From the NCBI GenBank assembly GCA_016181175.1, contig JACOZV010000003.1, forward strand, positions 39,773-103,772: a stretch of DNA of 64,000 nt, read 5' to 3'. The first letter of the stretch is position 1. The number at the start of each line of letters is the position of its first letter. Under the pieces are notes generated by a model. That model did no database searches. It was not told where the DNA came from and saw nothing but the letters and a program-made list of their open reading frames with translations. A program made the position numbers and the translations under genes. This stretch comes from Candidatus Yanofskybacteria bacterium (GTDB lineage: Bacteria > Patescibacteriota > Minisyncoccia > 2-02-FULL-40-12 > IGHO2-01-FULL-4-A). Below, piece by piece: positions 40,036-48,301 of this stretch.

Positions 40036-41826
40036 TTAGTCAGATATAAGAGCGCGTAAAGCTCGGCGAGTTATTTCGCCAAAGTAACCGGATACCGGTT
40101 TAACTCCGTATTTTGCTTGAAGTCTTTTCACTGCATCGTGGGTTATACGTCCAAAATATCCGGTAAGCAAATCTGCGGGATAGTTGACTTCGTTAACGAG
40201 AAGCGCCTGAAGTTCTTTTACGTCAATGCCGTTTGAACCAATGGCTAAATTTCTAGAAAAATTTGATTGAATTTTTGGTACCGTATTTAGGTTGCTAATC
40301 TGACTTGATCCCGGCTGGACTATTCCGCCACTCCCGGTTTGCCATACTCCATTCGTGAAATATTGCCCCCCGTAGCTATAATCAAATGGTGTCTGAATAT
40401 ATGTGGAATTTTCCGGATATCCGTTTGAGTAATACCGGCCGTTAAGAAGTTGGTTTGACGGCCAAGTGCGCCATTCACCATTCCGTCCGCAAACATCTAC
40501 GCTACAAACTGCTCCGCTTATAACTTTTCCCGTTGCATTATCAACTTCATTCCATGCAGTTCCACTAAGATTTTCTGGCATTAAACAAATTGGAAGTCCT
40601 GACACTCGGTCATCACCACCAACACAAGTAGATGTGGGTGAAATAGGAGCTGGTGTAGGGGTTGGGGTAGGTGTTGCTCCAAAAGTAGTGGTATTCGCAG
40701 AAATACTCAACTCTGAATTCAATGTTCCAACAGCAGTTACCCAATAAGTATAGGTAATATCGGCAGTAAGATTTGTGTCAGAATATGAATATGTATTTGA
40801 GTATGGAGATGCGCTTACATTTGTAACATAAGAACGGCCGACTTGTCCGCCATCTGGGCGATAATATAGCCTGAATACATCGTATCTATTGACTCCTGTT
40901 TCAGTGGCATTACTAGAAGCAGACCAACTAAGATCTATACGAGAAGAGGACTTGGCTACAGCAGAAAGATTGCTAGGTGGGTTGGGTCTTGAACTGGAAA
41001 CTGGTGTGGGAATGGGGGTGGCTGATGAAGAAGCGGTAACACTGGGTGTTGGTGAGGTAGTTAATGTCGGGGTCGGGGTAAGGCTGGATGGTTGAGTTGG
41101 AGTTGCCGGCGTTGCGGGAATAGCAGGAGTGGCTGATTGGGCATCTGAAGCGGGTATTGGCGTGGATGTTGGCGTTGGTGTGAACGACCCTGAAGCCGGA
41201 GTCGGAGTGGCTGTCGGAGAAACTAACGGTTGAGAAGGTGAAGCTGGAATGGCTGGTATGGCCGGTACTGCAGGAACAGCAGAAGTGGCTTGCGATGAAC
41301 CCGTAGAAACACCTCGGTGATATTGCGGCACTTCTTTGACTGATTTTAATTCCTCGCCTCTTTTATACCATTTAAATTCCCTGTCATTGATGCAAAATAC
41401 TTTTTTGAAAAAGTCAGGATCATCAACAACGGCTTCTTCTCCGGAAGTATTGACCCAGCGAATCTTTCCTTCATCTTCATCTTCCGATTCAAAACCATAT
41501 ACTTTGGGGTCGTTTTGTTCGCAATTTCTAAAAAGACCGACCGTTGAAAATGCATCTCTGACATCTGCGGTTACAAGTTTAACATTGGTAAAACCTCCTA
41601 AGTGGGCATAAAATTTGAAGATTTCTGGATTGAGAAATAATCTCTTAAAACCGTGCTCGTTAATGATATATACATCAGGATCATCAGAGAAGATAGCACT
41701 AATGAGATCGCCTTCTTTGAGACCAAAATCTGATGGCTTGGCGGCACTGGTTAGGGATATTTTGTAAAAAAATATTGAGACAACAACCAATACGGCAAAC
41801 AAAAAATAGGTCTTTTTCATATACAT
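40036..41826 (-). CDS. exported protein with PT-rich linker, FN3 and peptidoglycan-binding domains
   Basis: signal peptide; PT repeats; PSNL...LSW...YTYWVTA (FN3); DVKELQ...GYFGRITHDAVKRLQ (PG-binding). Confidence 0.88.
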   Translation of the reverse strand: MYMKKTYFLFAVLVVVSIFFYKISLTSAAKPSDFGLKEGDLISAIFSDDPDVYIINEHGFKRLFLNPEIFKFYAHLGGFTNVKLVTADVRDAFSTVGLFRNCEQNDPKVYGFESEDEDEGKIRWVNTSGEEAVVDDPDFFKKVFCINDREFKWYKRGEELKSVKEVPQYHRGVSTGSSQATSAVPAVPAIPAIPASPSQPLVSPTATPTPASGSFTPTPTSTPIPASDAQSATPAIPATPATPTQPSSLTPTPTLTTSPTPSVTASSSATPIPTPVSSSRPNPPSNLSAVAKSSSRIDLSWSASSNATETGVNRYDVFRLYYRPDGGQVGRSYVTNVSASPYSNTYSYSDTNLTADITYTYWVTAVGTLNSELSISANTTTFGATPTPTPTPAPISPTSTCVGGDDRVSGLPICLMPENLSGTAWNEVDNATGKVISGAVCSVDVCGRNGEWRTWPSNQLLNGRYYSNGYPENSTYIQTPFDYSYGGQYFTNGVWQTGSGGIVQPGSSQISNLNTVPKIQSNFSRNLAIGSNGIDVKELQALLVNEVNYPADLLTGYFGRITHDAVKRLQAKYGVKPVSGYFGEITRRALRALISD

Positions 41827-41889
41827 CTATTATCATCCATTTTTAATGCTGGGACTATTAAGTTATCAACATCAAAGCATTAGTATATT

Positions 41890-41930
41890 CCACAAAATCA
41901 AAACGGCGTCATGCCGTTTTGATTTTGTGG
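41890..41930. terminator. long terminator-like hairpin
   Basis: CCACAAAATCAAAACGGC-GTCAT-GCCGTTTTGATTTTGTGG. Confidence 0.7.
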
Positions 41931-42016
41931 TGTTGGTAGAGAACAATGGAAAACTATTTTGATATTTTTGAAAAACAATCTATTCCAGCCGCTGGATTAC
42001 CTATGTTGATAATTCA

Positions 42017-42045
42017 TTGACTTTGCATACACGGTTTGCTATATT
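42017..42045 (+). promoter_or_regulatory. sigma70 promoter antisense to the mazF-like gene
   Basis: TTGACT-N17-TATATT with extended TG; no plus-strand gene downstream. Confidence 0.65.
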
Positions 42046-42103
42046 TAAAGTCTAAATGGCTTCGGCCCGACCTCGCTGCAAAGCGAGGGTAAAAAAGACA
42101 TGA

Positions 42104-42487
42104 TCAAGGCAACAAAGCCTTGATTTTTTGTTTTAACTGGCCAAATTCAAACTTTCCAACCTCTCCAATTTTATGGGACAATCTGCGGGCATCAATTAAT
42201 CTAATTTGAGATAAAATAGCGACACTTTCTTTATTATGTAATTTAAAATGGAAGTAATAGAGTGACTTTTTATTAGTTCTGGTAAGCGGAATGGCCCAAA
42301 AAATTTCATTATTAAATTTGCGAATAATCAAGACTGGTCTTAGAAAATCTTCTCCTTTTCCATCCTGTTCAAAACCGATATTTAATCCTAAGTGGCAAAA
42401 CCATATTTCTCGTTCATGGAAGAACGGTCTTTTTGCTAGCTCGTCAACCACGGATTTTTTATCATGCCACTTCCTAAAATCTTTCAT
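42104..42487 (-). CDS. PemK/MazF-family toxin, orphan
   Basis: EIWFCHLGLNIGFEQDGKG, RPVLII, AIPLT, SQIRLIDARRL. Confidence 0.9.
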   Translation of the reverse strand: MKDFRKWHDKKSVVDELAKRPFFHEREIWFCHLGLNIGFEQDGKGEDFLRPVLIIRKFNNEIFWAIPLTRTNKKSLYYFHFKLHNKESVAILSQIRLIDARRLSHKIGEVGKFEFGQLKQKIKALLP

Positions 42488-42604
42488 GTGCATTATTAAA
42501 ACAAAGTCTGGTAAAAATTACCAGTACCGATGTTTTCTGCGTAATCAGATTTTGGTGGGGGATTAAAAACAAAAAGCAAGCCTAACGCTTGCTTACTAAA
42601 TTAA

Positions 42605-43210
42605 TTATCTATCTCCTTGGAATCCATAAGACCATCCCCATATTTCTGCTTTTTGATCGTCATTATCCTCATTTTCTTGGCTACCAACCCCGGCCTTAGC
42701 TACAACAACTAGAGATTCAGGATTGTTTTTGAAAACAAACATAAAAGAATCTCTGACAATAGTCTCGTCTTCTGGTCCCCATTCTCTTGTATTCTTTACT
42801 CTCTCTCTTTCTCGTCTTGCAAGACAGGTGGCCCACTGCCAATCGTGCCCCGGACACTCCGGTATACCAAACTGTTTTCTAAATTCATACAAACGGTATG
42901 CGGCTCTTTCAACCCAGCGCCGCTCTCCCATTCCTTCCTCATTGCTTGTTTTTGACCCTTGCCACACTTCCTCTTGTTTGTTTAAGATTAACTGCTCTCT
43001 TTTTTCCGGCGAGTTAACTTGTCTGGCCATTACAAAATCCCCACAATATTGCCAAGCCCAGAAGCCTCCACAATGTGAACAATGGATAAAGCTTTTAAAT
43101 CCCAATGTGCCCTCATCTATTTTTTGTAAGTGGGGATGACCAGAACATTTTGGACACCGAAAATCTAAAACCCACGATTCTTCCGAACGAAATAAGTCAA
43201 ATAACCACAT
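42605..43210 (-). CDS. hypothetical protein with zinc ribbon and DUF2934-like helix
   Basis: CPKC...CSHC; VERAAYRLYE...DWQWA; SD AAGGAGG. Confidence 0.65.
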   Translation of the reverse strand: MWLFDLFRSEESWVLDFRCPKCSGHPHLQKIDEGTLGFKSFIHCSHCGGFWAWQYCGDFVMARQVNSPEKREQLILNKQEEVWQGSKTSNEEGMGERRWVERAAYRLYEFRKQFGIPECPGHDWQWATCLARRERERVKNTREWGPEDETIVRDSFMFVFKNNPESLVVVAKAGVGSQENEDNDDQKAEIWGWSYGFQGDR

Positions 43211-43449
43211 ATTCTCCTCCTTTTTATTCAATTAAAAGAACATGCCAGATGGGATTTTACACCCCCAGCATCATTAGCACACAGAACATATGCTGTCAAG
43301 TTTTTTCCTCGGAATATCTGGAAAACCCACAAAATCCTTGTTTTTAATGAAATTTAATAATTAGTATTTTTTAGACATTTTTTAAGAAAACCGTTAATTA
43401 ATAACCCCTGCCTAACAAAGAACACCTTATTTGAGGTGTTCTTTGAATT

Positions 43450-43645
43450 GTGGATCTGGGGAGAGTTGGCTTTGGCTAAAATTTTCTTCCGAAAATTTTG
43501 CCTAGCCACCTGCTCGCGTGATTTTCTGCCAACTGCAGAAAATCACATGCTCCGCCGTTCATCTCTCCACGCGAGACAAGCAGTTGTCTCGTTTCCAGAT
43601 CTAGGACAAAACTAAACCCGCCACAAGGGCGGGCTCGTTTTGTCC
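43450..43645 (-). repeat. tRNA-3'-end-associated structured element at tmRNA
   Basis: 19-bp direct copy of the tmRNA 3' end (43450-68), conserved core (43469-556), interrupted inverted copy (43557-603). Confidence 0.85.
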
Positions 43646-43646
43646 G

Positions 43647-43998
43647 TGGATCTGGGGAGAGTTGAACTCCCGTCTAGAAGTTGATTTAAAATTGCACTAC
43701 AAGTTTAGCCGGACTGTTTAGTCCTCGGTTAAAAGCCCGACAGAATAACCGAAAACCTGTTTTGTATTTTTCGAATCGTAACGCCGAAACATTTAAAAAA
43801 CGCTACAATCTTATCCTGCTAATGACACCCTGATTCGGCTAGCAGAAATCACCGAGAGGATGCGCCTTAAGCGTAAGCTAAAGCGTAATTGCTATTGTAG
43901 TTGGCAATTATAATTTTGGGTAGGTACTTAAAGTGGTGACTACCCATCCACTACTTGCGCAAATTTTAAAAGAAATTCTATCGAAGCCGGTCAGACCC
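43647..43998 (-). ncRNA. ssrA: tmRNA
   Basis: acceptor GGGTCTG/CAGATCC with G3:U70; T-arm GGGAGTTCAACTCTCC; tag ORF ANYNSNYALAYA* at 43905-43867; adjacent to smpB. Confidence 0.95.
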
Positions 43999-44000
43999 GC

Positions 44001-44474
44001 CTAAATTTTTTGTTTGATTGCTCTTTCTATCTTCCTTTGGACTTCGCGTTTGGTTATTTTTTCTCTCTTGTCTGATTTTTTCTTACCCCGACCAATGCCT
44101 ATTTCCAACTTAATCAAACCGTTCTTATTATACAATTTAATTGGCACCAAAGTCAACCCATGCTCTTGCGATTTACCAATGAGATACTTGAGTTCCGAAC
44201 GCTTTAACAGCAATTTACGAGAGTTTTGCGGATCATAACCGGCTGGTGCGTTACCTGCTTGATACGGCGGGATAGTTGCTCCCAAAAGCCACGCTTCGGT
44301 ACTCCGTCCTGAGCCTATCGAAGGACCAAGCACTTTTACATAAGCTCCCTTAATTGACGCGCTTCCGCGTCTGATTGATTTAACTTCCTGCCCGGTCAAA
44401 ACAATACCCGCCTCAAGCGTTTCCAATATCTCATAATCAAACCTTGCTTTTTCATTTGTGGCATAGATTTGCAT
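44001..44474 (-). CDS. smpB: SsrA-binding protein SmpB
   Basis: NEKARFDY, EAGIVLTGQEVKSIR, RKLLL, GKKKSDKR. Confidence 0.97.
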   Translation of the reverse strand: MQIYATNEKARFDYEILETLEAGIVLTGQEVKSIRRGSASIKGAYVKVLGPSIGSGRSTEAWLLGATIPPYQAGNAPAGYDPQNSRKLLLKRSELKYLIGKSQEHGLTLVPIKLYNKNGLIKLEIGIGRGKKKSDKREKITKREVQRKIERAIKQKI

Positions 44475-44553
44475 AAATTAACTATATCACTAACAGACCT
44501 CGCCATTAATGGCGAGGTCTGTGTGAATTATAAATATTTAATTTTTCGGACAT

Positions 44554-45687
44554 CTATTTCCTCTCTTCAAGCACGGTCTTAATCTTTGTTGTCTTGTCTT
44601 TTCTCATCACTGTCATTTCAATTTCCTCGCCAACCTTGGCGACTTGAACCAAATCTGCAAGCTCTTTCTTTTCGGTAAGCTTTTCCCCGTTTATTTCCAG
44701 TACTATATCGTTTTCTCGAATACCGGCCTTGTCGGCTGGAGAACCCTTGACTACCGCCTCCGTACCAGGAACGTGATCCTTGATGACTAGAGCGCCGTAA
44801 TCCACGGGCAAATCGTACCTGTCTTGTAATGACCTATTCAACATTACGTAACGCAATCCAATAAATGGTCTGACAATACGACCAAATTTAATTATGTCTT
44901 CAAGGTCAGCCTTGGCCCAATTAATGGGAAGGGAAAAACCAATGTTCTGCGCTCCGAAAATTATCGCGGTATTTATGCCCACAACTTCCCCATCCAAGTT
45001 AATAAGCGGCCCGCCAGAATTGCCCTGATTAATTGCGACATCGGTTTGTATTACATTTCTAAGATGTTCCATCTCTCCGCCCTGACCCATTGAAGCTGAA
45101 ATCTTGCGCCCTAAACCGGAAACTATGCCCTTAGATACGGTATTGGTGAAAAGTCCCAAAGCATTACCTATAGCGACAACTGTCTGGCCAAGGTCAATTT
45201 TGTCAGAGTTCCCGAGTCTGACAGCTGGCAGTCCTTTTGCGTCAATTTTTAGTACCGCCACATCATTGATAGGATCGCGTGAAATAACTCTACCTTTATA
45301 TTCTTTTTCGTCGTTGGTTATAACCGTATACTCGGCATCAGTATCAAACACTACGTGTTTGTTTGTTAAAATCAAACCATCGGGATGGACAATTGAGCCG
45401 GATCCGCCACCGATTTTTACTTTTTCTCCTTCAACACCATGAACCTTGTGATGGGGGTGGGGGATAAGCTGATCATCATTGTCAAAATCCTCACCGCCGT
45501 CAGGCATACCAGGAATTTCTTGGCCGGGCAGACCCTGGCCTGGCAAACCGAATGGCATAAATGGCCCAAAAAATGGCATCATCGGCATACGTTTAATCTT
45601 GGGCAAGTGCTTTGAAATAACGATGCTGACCACCGCTGGCAGTACTTTTTTGACCGCTTCTATTGTTTGTCGTTCTATATTTTCCAT
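44554..45687 (-). CDS. htrA: HtrA/DegP-family serine protease with PDZ
   Basis: TNKHV, DVAVLK, INQGNSGGPL, C-terminal PDZ. Confidence 0.94.
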   Translation of the reverse strand: MENIERQTIEAVKKVLPAVVSIVISKHLPKIKRMPMMPFFGPFMPFGLPGQGLPGQEIPGMPDGGEDFDNDDQLIPHPHHKVHGVEGEKVKIGGGSGSIVHPDGLILTNKHVVFDTDAEYTVITNDEKEYKGRVISRDPINDVAVLKIDAKGLPAVRLGNSDKIDLGQTVVAIGNALGLFTNTVSKGIVSGLGRKISASMGQGGEMEHLRNVIQTDVAINQGNSGGPLINLDGEVVGINTAIIFGAQNIGFSLPINWAKADLEDIIKFGRIVRPFIGLRYVMLNRSLQDRYDLPVDYGALVIKDHVPGTEAVVKGSPADKAGIRENDIVLEINGEKLTEKKELADLVQVAKVGEEIEMTVMRKDKTTKIKTVLEERK

Positions 45688-45702
45688 GATAAAGATTATA
45701 AC

Positions 45703-46230
45703 ATGGCGTGCAAAAAACTTACAAGAGAATTTTTCAATAGGCCCACCCTGAGCGTAGCCAAAGAATTGCTTGGCAAGTTTTTGGTTAGAAAAACTGGTAG
45801 AAAAGTTGTGGCGGCGATGATTACCGAAACCGAGGCCTATTGCGGGCCACGAGATCTTGCCTCCCACGCATCGCGAGGCAAAACAAAACGGACGGAAGTA
45901 ATGTTTGGCCCGCCCGGTTATGCTTATGTTTATTTAATCTACGGCATGTATCACTGTTTTAATATCGTCACCGAACGTGATGGTTATCCCGCAGCAGTTT
46001 TGATTAGGGCCATTGATGTCTCGAGCATCAACGGCCCTGGCAAGCTGTGCCGCTATTTTCAAATAGATAGAACTCTCAACAACAATGACCTGTCAAAAAA
46101 TAACAAACTTTGGATTGAAGACCGTGGCACCAAAATCAGACAAAACCAAATCACACGTTCGCCCAGAATAGGAGTGGATTACGCCGGCAAGTACAAAGAC
46201 AAGTTGTGGAGGTTCTGTGTTAAAAATTGA
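45703..46230 (+). CDS. mpg: DNA-3-methyladenine glycosylase
   Basis: ITETEAY, YVYLIYGM, AVLIRA, GPGKL, RIGV. Confidence 0.94.
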   Translation: MACKKLTREFFNRPTLSVAKELLGKFLVRKTGRKVVAAMITETEAYCGPRDLASHASRGKTKRTEVMFGPPGYAYVYLIYGMYHCFNIVTERDGYPAAVLIRAIDVSSINGPGKLCRYFQIDRTLNNNDLSKNNKLWIEDRGTKIRQNQITRSPRIGVDYAGKYKDKLWRFCVKN

Positions 46231-46298
46231 CTTTTTGTAATTTTATTGATAAATTTACAACCAAAAGTTGCTTTGAAAATTTAGAAAAGGGACCGAGC

Positions 46299-47570
46299 AT
46301 GCGCAACGAAATTAAAGTTGGCATTCTTCCAAATGGTGTGCGTTTTTATTCTCAATATGACTGGTCCGGCAGCAGCAATCTGGCCGGCATAGGCATAAAA
46401 GCTGGCGCGATCCATGCGCCACCAGGCTATACCGGACTGCCACACTTAGTAGAGCACCTGCTTGCTAGAGAATCCTTGAAATACACACTCGGTGAGGTAG
46501 ACCTTGCTTTTGAAAAATTTTTGGGTGGCCCCGACGATGACATCAATATAAGAATAGACCGGGTTAGCACTCACTTCGGCTTTGGTAATTTATTAAGAAG
46601 AAAGGATATGTTTTTTTGCTTGGATGTTATGGCTTACTTTTTACGTGACAAGATTGTAACCACTGAAGGGATTGATGTGGAAAAGGCAGCTGTCCTTAAT
46701 GAATATTGCTTGCGCGGCACTGACGTAATGCCGGTCTTGCTGGACGATTTATTGCACCAAACAGCCTATGCAACCAATCCTGCAAGGCTTAGGATAGATT
46801 GTGAAAAAGAACATTTAGAAAAAATGCAACGTAGTAAAATAACAAATTTTATTAAAAAACATTATGTTACTGACAATATATTTCTAATAGTCTTCGGCCC
46901 AAAATTTGAAGAAGTGAAGGAATTGGCCAAAATGTATTTCGGCGATTGGTCTCAAAAATCTCGGCCCCAGTTGGATTACGATCACTCCGATGATTTTCCC
47001 ACCATAACCTCTGTCAAATCATGCGAGGTGGAAAGAAAAATTAGTCAATGTCACCTTGCTTTGGGTTTTTACACTGAAAATTATATGGGTAAAAATACCG
47101 AAATACTCACAGTTTTAGCAAGAATATTGGCTTTTCGCTTACGGCACCGGCTTCGCGACGGCAACCGCAATTTTAATGAGGGCGTATACCGAGTTAATGT
47201 TGACGTTTCCAAGTCGTTTGTTCACGGTTTATTCTGTATTACATTTGCTTCAACAAGCGAAGAGTTTGTGAAAAAAGGAGAAGATATTGTTTTGGAAGAA
47301 TTGCGCAAACTAAAAGAAGTACCCGTTGATAATCGCCAATTAGATGCCGCACTCTACCGCACAGATACGGTTTACCTTGAAGCGTTTCGCAAAAATCCCG
47401 ATATCCTAGCTGAAATGGTTATAGAAGCAGCATGCAACGGCGACGAGGATTTAACACATCTTCATTCCTTTAGAGAAAGGCTGGGTAAAATTACAAGGAA
47501 AAAACTGCTAAGTGTCGCCAATAAATATTTCACTCCCAATTATATCAAAGTCATCATTAGACCCGCCTAG
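46299..47570 (+). CDS. M16 family zinc peptidase
   Basis: LPNG, GLPHLVEHL (HxxEH), EKAAVLNE. Confidence 0.88.
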   Translation: MRNEIKVGILPNGVRFYSQYDWSGSSNLAGIGIKAGAIHAPPGYTGLPHLVEHLLARESLKYTLGEVDLAFEKFLGGPDDDINIRIDRVSTHFGFGNLLRRKDMFFCLDVMAYFLRDKIVTTEGIDVEKAAVLNEYCLRGTDVMPVLLDDLLHQTAYATNPARLRIDCEKEHLEKMQRSKITNFIKKHYVTDNIFLIVFGPKFEEVKELAKMYFGDWSQKSRPQLDYDHSDDFPTITSVKSCEVERKISQCHLALGFYTENYMGKNTEILTVLARILAFRLRHRLRDGNRNFNEGVYRVNVDVSKSFVHGLFCITFASTSEEFVKKGEDIVLEELRKLKEVPVDNRQLDAALYRTDTVYLEAFRKNPDILAEMVIEAACNGDEDLTHLHSFRERLGKITRKKLLSVANKYFTPNYIKVIIRPA

Positions 47571-47647
47571 CGGGTTTTTGTTTGCATTAATTTTCCCTTA
47601 AGAGTAACTTAAATCTTAAAATTGATCATTAAAATCAGGAGGCCGAA

Positions 47648-48232
47648 ATGGCCAACATTCCCGACGCGGAAATAAGTGGAGACGAAAATCACATAATTTT
47701 CAACATTGAAAAACGTCGAATTTATATTTTCCGTGTAATAGACAGAGACGCCACCTTGGAAATGCAGTCGCTTTTGGATGAATTCAAAGAAAATGGCGAT
47801 GCTACTAAAAAAGATTCGGTACCAATTACGATAGTCATCAACTCTCCCGGCGGTTCCGCATTTCAGGGTTTGGCAATTTATGACCTGCTCAAATCAAGTG
47901 GATTTAAATTAATAACAATTATATTGGGGGAGGTAGCCTCGGCCGGAGTGGCCATATCTCTTGTCGGCGACCAAAGATGGATGCACAAAAATGCTGTAAT
48001 TCACTTTCATGCTGCCGCTTTCCAATTTGAAAACCCCAAAGAAAGGTTAGAACGATTTGAAAGAGATATAATGCAAAAAGAGGTAAGAGTTGTAGAAACC
48101 CTTTATGAAAACATCTACCTGGCCAATTCTAAACTTACTAGAAAAAAGCTGAGGGAATTAGAGTTGCACGAGGATTGCCTTACTTCTGACCAGGCATTAA
48201 AATTTGGACTTGTACACAAAATTATTAGCTAG
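47648..48232 (+). CDS. ClpP-like peptidase, divergent
   Basis: INSPGGS, AIYD, VASAG, HFH, QALKFGLVHKI. Confidence 0.85.
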   Translation: MANIPDAEISGDENHIIFNIEKRRIYIFRVIDRDATLEMQSLLDEFKENGDATKKDSVPITIVINSPGGSAFQGLAIYDLLKSSGFKLITIILGEVASAGVAISLVGDQRWMHKNAVIHFHAAAFQFENPKERLERFERDIMQKEVRVVETLYENIYLANSKLTRKKLRELELHEDCLTSDQALKFGLVHKIIS

Positions 48233-48301
48233 GGATAGGATAGATAGATAGACGCTTACCGCGTCTTTTTAATTTGTCATTGGGCATGTTAGGATTTATG
48301 T

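Noticed and set aside
40600-41300. Pro/Thr repeats as a DNA repeat element
   Set aside because: The codons vary, so this is a protein-level low-complexity linker.
40036-43468. Integrated island at tmRNA carrying mazF and neighbours
   Set aside because: The tmRNA 3' duplicate is only about 200 bp from the gene, so it does not enclose these ORFs; no integrase or distal att copy was found.
44554-45867. Long N-terminal ORF extensions for htrA, mpg, tsaE, DM13, 16762..17523 and 24030..24608
   Set aside because: The extensions overlap neighbouring genes or repeats; downstream starts fit family N-termini and promoter/SD positions.
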